Assembly: GCA_027343665.1 (NCBI GenBank)
Contig: DAHWKL010000001.1
Coordinates: 313,294-377,293, forward strand
From: an archaeon
GTDB taxonomy: Archaea; Nanobdellota; Nanobdellia; Pacearchaeales; GW2011-AR1
Length of the DNA stretch: 64,000 nucleotides
Reading direction: 5' to 3'
The translations under genes and the position numbers were made by a program. Below, one piece after another: positions 9,947 through 18,815 of the stretch; positions within the stretch are counted from its first letter, which is position 1, and every line of letters begins with the position of its first letter. The notes below the pieces were generated by a model that was not told the DNA's origin, searched no databases, and saw nothing but the letters and a program-made list of their open reading frames with translations.

Positions 9947-10030
9947 CACCAAAAGCTTTATAAATAAAACCTTGAAAAAGGGGGTTTCAGGAACGAAAAC
10001 CGAAAGTTTTCCTCCAAAGCTTTTTAAAGA
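9947..10030 (+). promoter_or_regulatory. two tandem BRE/TATA-like promoter elements upstream of the S-layer-like gene
   Basis: cAAAAGCTTTATAAAT at ~9951-9966 and cAAAGCTTTTTAAAG at ~10015-10029, both matching archaeal BRE (A-rich) plus TATA consensus. Confidence 0.35.
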
Positions 10031-10242
10031 AAAATTTGTTCTCTCTATTACACTCAATTGAGGGTGGTCTTATAGGGAATAAGCCCATGCATTTGCAAGA
10101 CACGAATGCGGGCATAATGCTCTATAAGTGCTGGGAAGTTCCCCTATAGCTTTTCAGCAAAGACTTCGATTGCCTTAGGCGGTCGGGAAGGCCAAAAGCT
10201 TTCCAACCAGAGAGGTAAAAAGGAGGATAAAAGAAAAACAAA

Positions 10243-12558
10243 ATGAAATTAAGTTTCAAAAAGATCTCAGCAGTTCTTGGCTCAGTAATAATGGCCGGAG
10301 CGACTTTGGGACTTGCTGCTGCAGCAAATTACCCACAACCTTTCGTAACAACGAATGGTGTGGCAAATGTAGCTGTAGTATATGGTGCTAATTCACCAGG
10401 GGGAGCAGGCGGAAACGATGCTGTCCAGGCAGGTATGGTTGCAAACTCCTTAGGAACATATGTTAAGGGAGGAACAACAAATATCTCAGGTGAAAATGTT
10501 CTTCTCCAAATGCCTTCATCCTACCTACACGTAGGTAACGGAATAGATCAGGTTTTTGGAAGATCTGTAACAAAGAGCGATATGCCAACTTTGTTAGCTG
10601 ATGGCACTTACCAAGACTCTCAAAACAGTGACCACACATACACTCAAAAGATTGATGTGGCTAACTTGACTCTCCAGCAATTTGACCTTGAACAGTTTGA
10701 CTCTAATGTAACTTCAACTACTCCTTCAATAGGATTCCCATTGAGCTCTGGAGCTAATGTATTGAATTATACATTAACTTTCACAAGCCCAGTTAATGCA
10801 AGTTTGATGCAGTACACTAACCTTAACCTTATGGGTTCAAGTTATTACGTGCTTTCAGCTACTACCAGTTCATTGACACTTTTAGACTCTGCAGCAACTG
10901 CAAGTCTTAGCAATGTCGGAAGTTCAACTACATTAAATGTGGGAGGAACAACTTATGCTGTAAGTGTTGCTTATGTAGATTCAAGCAACGTAAAGCTTAC
11001 AATCAATGGTCAAACAACAGACACATTGCAAAAAGGAAGCACTTACAAATTAAATGACGGCTCTTATGTCGGTATAAAAGACATATTAGCTCAAAACTAT
11101 CAAGGCGGAGCAAGTGAAGTGGACTTTAGCATTGGTGCAGGAAAGATTATCCTGACCAGTGGACAGAATGTCCAAGTGGGCACAAATTCCGTTAGCGGAG
11201 TTACATCCACTATAGGAGTTACTAGCAACAAGATATCAAACATATCTATCCAATGGGATACAGGAGACACAGGCGCAATCACACAGAGTATGCCTTTGGC
11301 TATGCCAGCATTTGACGGTGTTAAATTAACATTTGGTGGGATGACCTATCCAAAGAGTGAAAACACAACAGTAACAAATGATGGGAATACAGCAGTCAAA
11401 GTATCAACAACTTTGGAAGGCGGTTCTGTTTCATTAGATGTCCTTGGAATAGACAAGACAACTGGGAACTTCACTACAATCGGACAAGATTCAAACAACT
11501 TGTTAGTCACGAACAATTCAGTGTACCTGAATAAGGTCCACCAGAATAGTGAGTTTGTGATTTCGGGAAACAGCGGTAAAGTCGCTGAGTCACATGTATA
11601 TAAAGTGACAAGTTTCTCAAACACAACAGAGAATGGGCTTCAAGTTATATTGACTGATGAGGCTAACACTGCAAACCAGGTTACATTGACTAACAACCAA
11701 GCTAGTTCAGTAGGAGTTAACACAGGAATAACCTTGACTCCATCTATCGACTATGCCGCAAAGAATGTAAGCTTCACAGCAGGCGGAACCGGAGCAAATT
11801 TCGCTACCCTTTACACAAATGATGGGTTAAAGATGGCTCTTCCAACTTCTGTGCATGTTAATGGTAATTCGAGCAAACCTACAGTCCAATCTTACAACCT
11901 TCAGTTCACTGAAGCTGATAAGAACGGAAATATTGCATCTGGAAACAAATTCAATATAACCGTAGGAAGTGTTGGATCAACAACAAAGCAGACTTCTGTA
12001 ACAGGAGTCAGCGGTGCAGGTAACGCAGTAGAGGTAGGGAACACAAACGTGTATGATTACACAGTAGCTTCTCCACTTGCAACTGCTATATCCTACAACC
12101 AGGGACCAACACAGGAAACTGCTGCATTGGTATACCACGGCGGTGAATCTTATGGCCAGCTTTACTTAGCATCTCCAAGTGCAACCATCTCAGGTGGTAG
12201 CGCATTAGGAAATGTTTTAGTAACTGACAGTGAAGTTTCATCCGTTTCAGGAAAAGACTTAGTGATTGTTGGTGGTAGCTGTATTAACTCAGCTGCTGCA
12301 ACTGCATTAGGTGTTCCTTACGGAACTTGTGGCGATGCTTTCACAGCTGCTACAGGTGTTGGATCAGGACAATTCCTTATAAAGGGAGTTAGCGGAGTAC
12401 TAAGTGCTCCATTAGCTTTAGTTGTCGCTGGTTATGATGCTGCTGACACAGTTAACGCTGTAACTTACTTGACTCATAACACTGTTGATACTTCAAGTAC
12501 CTACAAAGGAACTTCAGGTACACAGGCAACGATGCAAGTAGCTAACAGCTCTGCTTAA
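10243..12558 (+). CDS. putative S-layer / major cell-surface protein
   Basis: 771 aa; typical signal peptide (hydrophobic stretch then AAAA); Thr/Ser/Gly/Asn/Val-rich and Cys-poor; strong SD (AAGGAGGAT); followed by a poly-T terminator. Confidence 0.6.
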   Translation: MKLSFKKISAVLGSVIMAGATLGLAAAANYPQPFVTTNGVANVAVVYGANSPGGAGGNDAVQAGMVANSLGTYVKGGTTNISGENVLLQMPSSYLHVGNGIDQVFGRSVTKSDMPTLLADGTYQDSQNSDHTYTQKIDVANLTLQQFDLEQFDSNVTSTTPSIGFPLSSGANVLNYTLTFTSPVNASLMQYTNLNLMGSSYYVLSATTSSLTLLDSAATASLSNVGSSTTLNVGGTTYAVSVAYVDSSNVKLTINGQTTDTLQKGSTYKLNDGSYVGIKDILAQNYQGGASEVDFSIGAGKIILTSGQNVQVGTNSVSGVTSTIGVTSNKISNISIQWDTGDTGAITQSMPLAMPAFDGVKLTFGGMTYPKSENTTVTNDGNTAVKVSTTLEGGSVSLDVLGIDKTTGNFTTIGQDSNNLLVTNNSVYLNKVHQNSEFVISGNSGKVAESHVYKVTSFSNTTENGLQVILTDEANTANQVTLTNNQASSVGVNTGITLTPSIDYAAKNVSFTAGGTGANFATLYTNDGLKMALPTSVHVNGNSSKPTVQSYNLQFTEADKNGNIASGNKFNITVGSVGSTTKQTSVTGVSGAGNAVEVGNTNVYDYTVASPLATAISYNQGPTQETAALVYHGGESYGQLYLASPSATISGGSALGNVLVTDSEVSSVSGKDLVIVGGSCINSAAATALGVPYGTCGDAFTAATGVGSGQFLIKGVSGVLSAPLALVVAGYDAADTVNAVTYLTHNTVDTSSTYKGTSGTQATMQVANSSA

Positions 12559-12565
12559 AGCCAAA

Positions 12566-12603
12566 AAGTTTATTTTTTATTTTTTTCTTTTTCTTTTTTT
12601 CTT
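12566..12603 (+). terminator. poly-T intrinsic terminator
   Basis: ~35 nt of near-continuous T tracts immediately after the stop of the surface-protein gene. Confidence 0.4.
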
Positions 12604-12658
12604 CAGGTCTGGTCGGAAGACTAGATTACAAGAGATTTGCTCTTTGTATAGTTGGACA

Positions 12659-12679
12659 GATTTTTCCGACGGAAAAATC
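12659..12679. promoter_or_regulatory. palindromic candidate operator GATTTTTCCGACGGAAAAATC
   Basis: 10-bp arms with a 1-nt centre; core TTCCGACGGAA recurs at 41544-41554 and, as a 10/11 match, at 16805-16815; lies ~55 bp upstream of the 12729 start. Confidence 0.4.
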
Positions 12680-12728
12680 AAACGGGAAATCCGCAACACT
12701 TTTATACCCGATTTCCTCTCTATAAAGC

Positions 12729-13331
12729 ATGATAAAAAAAATAGAATCAAAAGCTGACAAGGAAAAAAAGGAGAAAAGAAACCAGCTAGTTCTTGCAGGA
12801 ATCCTTATAGTAGTAATGCTTTTTTCGATATTCGGAATAGTATTTCAGTATATAGGGGGATCAGGCGGAACAACAAGCTCACAGAATCCGACAATAAATT
12901 ATAAAGGACTGACTTTCCAGGAATCCAACGGTTATTATGTCCTGCAGTCCGGAAGTTCATCTTTTTATTTTTCAGTAAATCCGCAGTTCGCCGGGAATGC
13001 CACAGATAATATATTCATAAACAAAACACTTGCGGATTATTCTGGGCAGGTCGTTTATGTCTCCTCCCCTTATGATTATAATTCATACAACGAGATATAT
13101 AATGACTTATCTAACTATACTTTAAGGGTGCAGGGAGCATGCGCTGTGAATGAAACCTGCCTCGATAAAACACTCCCGACAAAAGACTGCACAAGTAATT
13201 TGATAGTAATCAAGAATGCAACGATGAACCAAATTTATCAAAAAGGAAATTGCATTTACATAGAAGGAAACACCAATGACCTGCTTAATCTCACTGATGA
13301 GTTCCTTCTTCATATATTAGGGATAAACTAA
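12729..13331 (+). CDS. membrane-anchored extracellular protein (hypothetical)
   Basis: 200 aa; Lys/Glu-rich N-terminus then one TM helix; paralogous in architecture to the next gene. Confidence 0.5.
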   Translation: MIKKIESKADKEKKEKRNQLVLAGILIVVMLFSIFGIVFQYIGGSGGTTSSQNPTINYKGLTFQESNGYYVLQSGSSSFYFSVNPQFAGNATDNIFINKTLADYSGQVVYVSSPYDYNSYNEIYNDLSNYTLRVQGACAVNETCLDKTLPTKDCTSNLIVIKNATMNQIYQKGNCIYIEGNTNDLLNLTDEFLLHILGIN

Positions 13332-13343
13332 AAAACAAGAAAA

Positions 13344-13985
13344 ATGCCAAAAGAAGAGAAAGAGGATAATGGAAAAAAAGTAAGGGAAGAATCCAAAAGA
13401 GAAAATAAAATCTTGATGATAACCTTAATAGTGATAGGTATAATCATTGTTGCAGGGATAGTCTATTTCATATCAGCAGGCAAGGAACAGACAAGTTTCA
13501 ATTATGAAGGGATCAATTTTACAATAGAAAAAATCGGAAACCTGACTTTTTATGACACTGCAACACTTGCAACCTCTGCGGCCGGAACACCCTTCGGATT
13601 CAGGATAAGAACAAATCCTAATGAACTCAAAAATGTCCCCTTCTATGGCTCTGAAAATTTCAATTTTACCGCCTTCAACCTTTATAAGTTTGATAATGGA
13701 ACATTCAGCTGCAAAGGATATGGTGCTATATCAATTGCGAATCTTTACAGGACAATCACAGAGATGGGAATGCAATTCGTGAATGATCAGAATGCGACAT
13801 GCGATTCGCAAGGAAAGTACAATTTCTTCCTTCTCAAATACGGAAACGAAACGCAAGTCAAGCAGATAGGATACAATTGTTATGAACTCGAAATAAAAGG
13901 AAATGATTCTGAATGTGAGATACTTCCTGCGACTGAAAAGTTAATGGTGGATATGTATGCAAAATACATAAATTTATCAAGATAA
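13344..13985 (+). CDS. membrane-anchored extracellular protein (hypothetical; paralog-like to 12729-13331)
   Basis: 213 aa; same Lys/Glu-rich N-terminus plus single-TM layout. Confidence 0.5.
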   Translation: MPKEEKEDNGKKVREESKRENKILMITLIVIGIIIVAGIVYFISAGKEQTSFNYEGINFTIEKIGNLTFYDTATLATSAAGTPFGFRIRTNPNELKNVPFYGSENFNFTAFNLYKFDNGTFSCKGYGAISIANLYRTITEMGMQFVNDQNATCDSQGKYNFFLLKYGNETQVKQIGYNCYELEIKGNDSECEILPATEKLMVDMYAKYINLSR

Positions 13986-13986
13986 A

Positions 13987-14463
13987 ATGAACCCCCTTGT
14001 ACTTGCGATAATACTCACAATAGTCCCGGTGATTGAACTAAGAGGAGGTCTGCCTGTTGCTTTAATCAACGCTTCAAAAGAGGGAGTCTCGCAGGGATTG
14101 GTCTTTCTGATAATAGTATCTTTAAATATTCTTATGATTTTTGCAGCTTTTTTCTTTCTTGATTATCTTCACAAATTTTTCCTCAACCTGAAAACATACA
14201 AAAAATTCTATGAGTTCACATTAAGGAAAATGCAGAAAAAGATTGACCATTTTGAAAAATCACATGACTCAATAGGCCTTTGGGCATTGTTTCTTTTTGT
14301 TGCAGTTCCACTTCCACTTACTGGAGCCTATTCGGGTGTCCTTTTATCATGGCTCTTCAATCTTCCGCGAAAAAAGAGCATAATTGCAATAGCCTGTGGA
14401 GTCCTTGTGGCAGGAATAATCGTCTATATCGGAACAATAGGGGTTACTTCTTTTTTAGGCTAG
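13987..14463 (+). CDS. small multidrug-export-like membrane protein
   Basis: 158 aa; 4 TM; VIELRGGLP and PLTGAYSG motifs as in the PF06695-type family. Confidence 0.45.
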   Translation: MNPLVLAIILTIVPVIELRGGLPVALINASKEGVSQGLVFLIIVSLNILMIFAAFFFLDYLHKFFLNLKTYKKFYEFTLRKMQKKIDHFEKSHDSIGLWALFLFVAVPLPLTGAYSGVLLSWLFNLPRKKSIIAIACGVLVAGIIVYIGTIGVTSFLG

Positions 14464-14980
14464 ACTTGCCATATATATATTTTATATCCGAATAAACAGG
14501 AATAGATCTTATCTTGAAAGCGACGACTTCATAGAACCAGATTCCTACAACAAGAATTGTGCTTCCTGCATACCAAAGGATTTCATGTGTAAGCTCAAAA
14601 AGAGAAGAATTGTTAACAAACATAATACCAAGTATCACAATCCTAATTATGTTTACAACAAGGAAGATCAGGAAGGAAAGGATTATCATTTTAACCCTTT
14701 TATACAATTTTATATCCGGCGTGGACAGATTAAGGATAAGCAAAAGGTAATATGCAGAACCTGCAACACAAGCACCGATTATATCAAGGTTCTTCGCCCC
14801 GATGAAGATTGTATTTCCGGAAACTATCGGATTGAAGAAGATTTCCAAAATATAAAGAACGGGATATTTCGTCAAAGGAAGAAAAAGATCATAAAAAAGT
14901 GCAAGACCGGGAATTACGACAGCAATGAGGATTATATATCTCAAAAATATGCCCAGAACTTTTTTTGAGTCATCTTTCAT
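14444..14980 (-). CDS. archaeosortase/exosortase-family transpeptidase
   Basis: 178-aa polytopic membrane protein with the conserved Cys (IGACVAGS) and Arg (NIIRI) context typical of exosortase/archaeosortase; lies next to a protein with a C-terminal sorting signal. Confidence 0.5.
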   Translation of the reverse strand: MKDDSKKVLGIFLRYIILIAVVIPGLALFYDLFLPLTKYPVLYILEIFFNPIVSGNTIFIGAKNLDIIGACVAGSAYYLLLILNLSTPDIKLYKRVKMIILSFLIFLVVNIIRIVILGIMFVNNSSLFELTHEILWYAGSTILVVGIWFYEVVAFKIRSIPVYSDIKYIYGKSSLKKK

Positions 14981-15030
14981 AATTATATATGAAAAAGGTC
15001 ATTTATATAATTTAAGTTCCTGGGAAAAAT

Positions 15031-16674
15031 TTACCTTCTTCTTAAAATCTTTACCGCAACAAAGATTATTGCCACAAGGAGTATTATATTAAGAGCAACT
15101 ATTCCGACTAACTCCCAATTCACATTTGAACCTAAATTATTCCAGAAAGACCCCTGAGCAACATTTAATGAAACTTGTTTTTGAGAAACAATTTGCCCGT
15201 TAGATGTTATTATAAGATTAAAATTCTGTGCTCCCTGCACACTTGGATTTATAGCAAAGGTCATATAAAGATCTTTGGTAGATGATGGACTCAAGGTAAA
15301 TGTGCTGTCACTCATGTTTACAAGATTAGCCCATGAATTATACCCATTAGGAGCAAGAACAAAAGTTGCAGTTTGAGTGTCATTGTTTGTTACATAAGCT
15401 TGGATAGTAACTTCTTTACCAGCTTGTGCTTCACCAGATACTATTGTTGCACCGACGATAGGTGGGTTTATTGAACAACCTCCTGAAACATTCAGATAAA
15501 CTGTTTTCACAGCCTGATCGTTGTTGCTGCTCTCATAAAGATTGTTGTTATCATCATAAACGCTAAGCTGTATTCCGTAAATCTGCTGGTGAGCGTTTTT
15601 TGGAATCACGAAATTAGCTGAGAAATCCTGAGAACTAAAAGCACTTATGCTTCCAAGTTTTATAATCTGATTCAAACCTAATTTCTGATTATAAATAACA
15701 ACATAAGAACCACTTGGCTGATCATTACTCCCAATATTATAGATAGTTCCTGCAAGATTCACATTTGAACTGCATGAAACAGATCCATTTAGGGTATCTC
15801 CATTTTGAAGAATATTTCCATTCATAGTCACCTCGGAAGGCACCATGAAATCATCGCCAGTTTCAACATAGCCATCTCCGCTAACTGAAGAACATGTCTG
15901 ATTGCCATCATAGATTGAATTGACAGAGGTATCCCTTATTGTTCCGGTTGCTTTGACATAAAGCACAACATTTCCTCCCGAATTATCAATCCTATTCATC
16001 CCGTTATTGAGTGGGAAGTTTATGCTTACAGTTTTATCATTCCCTGAATTAAGGCTGAAAGTGTTCAGAGTTCCGCTATCTATTTTATTGCCATCAGTAG
16101 TATAAAGAGCCCACTGAACTTTTACATTTCTCAGATCATAATTTCCATTATTTTCAATATCTACCTTTGCAGTTATATTGTCTAAAAGGTACCATGTACT
16201 TGAATCCCCATAGCCACTTGTTATACTGAAATCCGGAGAATCAACACGAAGAATATTAACAACATTAGGTGTTCCTTGGCAGAAATTCGTGTTCTTGAAA
16301 TAGATTGTTCCGTAACTTACCCCATTCACCTTCAATGTTGTGGAATAAGAACTTGAATCAAGGAAGTTAAAATACCCATTTGGGTCTGAGACGCTATAAT
16401 TTACAGAAACCGACTTTGAAGATTTATTAAGAGAAAATGAATCGTTTGAAACCGTAAAACTGACAACACCAGTAGTGCCTTGTCCAGAAGTTATCTGGGG
16501 GATGGAGAGATTTACACTCTCACTTGTATTGCTTGAAATAGTTATTGTAAATTGCCCGCTTGATCCTGTGATTTGACTTGGAACTCCTGTTACTGTCAGA
16601 GTCGCACTTGCAAAGCTCATTAAAAACAAACTAGCAAAAACGAGCGCAAAGATTATACCTGTCTTCTTTTCCAT
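15031..16674 (-). CDS. secreted surface protein with C-terminal TM plus RRR sorting signal (candidate archaeosortase substrate)
   Basis: 547 aa; N-terminal signal peptide; Ser/Thr/Asn/Gly-rich; C-terminus ...LVGIVALNIILLVAIIFVAVKILRRR. Confidence 0.6.
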   Translation of the reverse strand: MEKKTGIIFALVFASLFLMSFASATLTVTGVPSQITGSSGQFTITISSNTSESVNLSIPQITSGQGTTGVVSFTVSNDSFSLNKSSKSVSVNYSVSDPNGYFNFLDSSSYSTTLKVNGVSYGTIYFKNTNFCQGTPNVVNILRVDSPDFSITSGYGDSSTWYLLDNITAKVDIENNGNYDLRNVKVQWALYTTDGNKIDSGTLNTFSLNSGNDKTVSINFPLNNGMNRIDNSGGNVVLYVKATGTIRDTSVNSIYDGNQTCSSVSGDGYVETGDDFMVPSEVTMNGNILQNGDTLNGSVSCSSNVNLAGTIYNIGSNDQPSGSYVVIYNQKLGLNQIIKLGSISAFSSQDFSANFVIPKNAHQQIYGIQLSVYDDNNNLYESSNNDQAVKTVYLNVSGGCSINPPIVGATIVSGEAQAGKEVTIQAYVTNNDTQTATFVLAPNGYNSWANLVNMSDSTFTLSPSSTKDLYMTFAINPSVQGAQNFNLIITSNGQIVSQKQVSLNVAQGSFWNNLGSNVNWELVGIVALNIILLVAIIFVAVKILRRR

Positions 16675-16781
16675 TTTACCATTTCAGAGTTACGTCCCTT
16701 TATAAATTTTTGTATTTTCAAAAACATGCATTCTTCCGGCTCCCTGAAAAAATTTATAAATTTTTCGCACCCTATTGTTAT

Positions 16782-17174
16782 ATGGTGTTAAAATCAAAGG
16801 AAAATTCCGTCGGAGCATGGCTATTCCTTCTTGGAGTTGTTATTGCAATATCTATAGGCGTCGTTACCACCTTCTTCCTGCCTCTTGCAAGAATAAACCA
16901 ATACAGTTCTTCAATTTACGGCTTATTGGTCCTCCTCGGGCTTATAGTCGGATTTAGTCTAAACGTGTCAGGCAAAGATTCACAGACATTTTTGCTGATA
17001 GGTGCAGTCCTTGTGATAGTAAGCAGATTCGGTATGGAAAGTGTAACCGGCTCACTTATAGGAATAGGTATAGGAGATGCAGTCGCATCAACATTCTCAG
17101 CACTTCTCACTTTATTTGTCCCGGCAACAATAGTCGTTGCAATAAAAACAGTTTTTTCAATGACAAGAGTCTAA
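16782..17174 (+). CDS. small polytopic membrane protein (hypothetical)
   Basis: ATG at 16782 lies ~22 bp after a TTTATAAA box (possibly leaderless); 3-4 TM helices; the longer 16710 ORF start is less plausible. Confidence 0.4.
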   Translation: MVLKSKENSVGAWLFLLGVVIAISIGVVTTFFLPLARINQYSSSIYGLLVLLGLIVGFSLNVSGKDSQTFLLIGAVLVIVSRFGMESVTGSLIGIGIGDAVASTFSALLTLFVPATIVVAIKTVFSMTRV

Positions 17175-17810
17175 ATCAGTATTCCCTTTTTGAATCCTTT
17201 CAAGAATTTCAAGATTGAGTATACTTCCATCTGTCAAGTCCATCCTTGGACAAGCCGTATTGATCCAGCAATCAATCTGAAAATTTTCAAATTCGTTTAT
17301 ATTAAGATCATTTGCTATAAACAGATAACTCTTCTTATTTTTCAGCATCCTGTGAAAATCAATCGCACTCTTCAGCCTTTGCTGACCGGGTTTATTCGTT
17401 ACAAGAATCCCTACTTTTTTTGATTTTAGGAATTTCATATACATAGCATATTCTTTTTTCTCCATCGCTTCAACATCTTTTTGAGAGATCTTCTCTATTG
17501 AACCGTCCTCTAAGATATAAGTAGGAAGTTTTGATTCATAAGCGAGGGAAACCGAATGGAACTTTCCCTGCCCGACAATAAGTATGGCTTCGACTTCTTT
17601 AGGAAATTTTGGTCTTGAACAGCCAAGGACTTGGCTTCTATGTACCACTCTTTTGCCTAAAATGCCCTCAAGTTTTTTTGCGATATCAATAAACTGGTTT
17701 GAATAACATATGGACAGATTTCTTTCCGGAATCTTCTCATTCACAAGATCCTTTACTTCTTCATAATCAGGTTCTTTCTTTATTTTAGCTGATACAAAAA
17801 TAGTTTTCAT
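17157..17810 (-). CDS. dph2: Dph2-like diphthamide synthesis protein lacking the first domain
   Basis: VLGCSRP and WINTACPRMDLTDG segments match the second and third Cys-containing domains of archaeal Dph2; only 217 aa against the usual ~340. Confidence 0.55.
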   Translation of the reverse strand: MKTIFVSAKIKKEPDYEEVKDLVNEKIPERNLSICYSNQFIDIAKKLEGILGKRVVHRSQVLGCSRPKFPKEVEAILIVGQGKFHSVSLAYESKLPTYILEDGSIEKISQKDVEAMEKKEYAMYMKFLKSKKVGILVTNKPGQQRLKSAIDFHRMLKNKKSYLFIANDLNINEFENFQIDCWINTACPRMDLTDGSILNLEILERIQKGNTDLDSCH

Positions 17811-17854
17811 ATTCCAACAAGAAAATCATGTTTTAAAAAGATTGGCAATTAAGC

Positions 17855-18250
17855 TTAAAAATCTTCAAGACCTTTTTTCTCTTCAGGCTTACCTGACTTC
17901 CCAACGTGCTTTTCTATTTTTGCAAATGAAGGAGTCACAACAACAATATTCTCACCAAAGCCTGCAATTGTACCTTCAAGGGCATCAGCGGTCTTTTTTA
18001 TCTTTGAAATTGCCCTTTTGAGTTCTATTGGATCTTTCTTTTTCAAAATTCTGATATCTATAACTGCAATTGTATAACCCTCTCTCAATGCATTAAGAAC
18101 ATTGGTTGAATCATCATAATCATTCAGGTTGAAAAGTTTTACAACGACCTTATTCTCTTTTTTTTCCTGACTCAAATCAATCTCAAGATACTCATCACCA
18201 ACAGAATCGTCGCTTCCCTTGAAAGCTTTTTTGAATTTTTCGAACACCAT
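17855..18250 (-). CDS. sepF: cell division protein SepF
   Basis: 131 aa with a SepF-like core (VVVKLFNL...VIDIRIL...TIAGFGENIVVVTP); near ftsZ. Confidence 0.55.
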   Translation of the reverse strand: MVFEKFKKAFKGSDDSVGDEYLEIDLSQEKKENKVVVKLFNLNDYDDSTNVLNALREGYTIAVIDIRILKKKDPIELKRAISKIKKTADALEGTIAGFGENIVVVTPSFAKIEKHVGKSGKPEEKKGLEDF

Positions 18251-18326
18251 GATAAATTTAGATTTAATCTGTTTATAAAGATTTCGGGGTTTTGCTGTAA
18301 TGATTTTTATGAATACAAAAAAAATT

Positions 18327-18650
18327 TTATTTTTTGTTTTTTGATTCTTTTATTAGTTCGTCCCTTGCTTTTTTGAATTCAATGGACATTTTCTCCTCTT
18401 CAGCCTCGAGCCTTTCAAGACTCGAATTGATTATCTTCTGCTTATTCGCAAGCTCTTCTTTTATCTTCTCTCTCTTCACTTTTATCATTAATTGCCCAAC
18501 AAGCTTGTAAACATCATCTTTAGAATTTTCAATCTCTTTCAATGCAGAAAGAGTTTCATCCATCTCCATCTGGAAAGCCTGTTTTTGCATCAGAATAGAC
18601 TGAAGATTTTCCTGAAGAATCTGCATTTTTTGTATTTTATCTTTTTCCAT
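18327..18650 (-). CDS. pfdB: prefoldin beta subunit
   Basis: 107-aa coiled-coil protein with a prefoldin-beta pattern; conserved neighbour of rpoP and rpl37ae in archaea. Confidence 0.7.
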   Translation of the reverse strand: MEKDKIQKMQILQENLQSILMQKQAFQMEMDETLSALKEIENSKDDVYKLVGQLMIKVKREKIKEELANKQKIINSSLERLEAEEEKMSIEFKKARDELIKESKNKK

Positions 18651-18672
18651 CTTGAAAATTGTCAGACCAGGC

Positions 18673-18810
18673 TCACTCAGCCTTGATGACTTTCACTTTT
18701 CTTCGCGGTTTGAAAAAAATCTTTGAATCACAGTGAGGACACTTGAACCTTTTTTTCAATTCATCGCTTTTTATCTCATTCCCGCATTTGAAACATTTAT
18801 AATCTGCCAT
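18673..18810 (-). CDS. rpoP: DNA-directed RNA polymerase subunit P (RpoP/Rpb12)
   Basis: 45-aa ORF translated by hand: MADYKCFKCGNEIKSDELKKRFKCPHCDSKIFFKPRRKVKVIKAE; CxxC...CxxC zinc ribbon typical of RpoP; below the ORF-caller cutoff. Confidence 0.65.
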   Translation of the reverse strand: MADYKCFKCGNEIKSDELKKRFKCPHCDSKIFFKPRRKVKVIKAE

Positions 18811-18815
18811 TTTGA

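Noticed and set aside
10058-10215. Possibility that the GC-rich segment upstream of the S-layer-like gene is a 5S rRNA or SRP RNA
   Set aside because: It does not match 5S conserved elements (no loop-B/helix-III GAAC...GGAAGUUAAGC pattern). It is too short for archaeal SRP RNA and has only a loose GGUCGGGAAGGCC resemblance to helix 8. It is kept as a structured leader/candidate ncRNA in the findings instead.
14559-14968. Plus-strand ORFs (63 and 127 aa) antisense to the archaeosortase-like gene
   Set aside because: They have Lys/Asn/Tyr-rich low-complexity composition typical of antisense frames in AT-rich DNA. The minus-strand membrane protein explains the locus.
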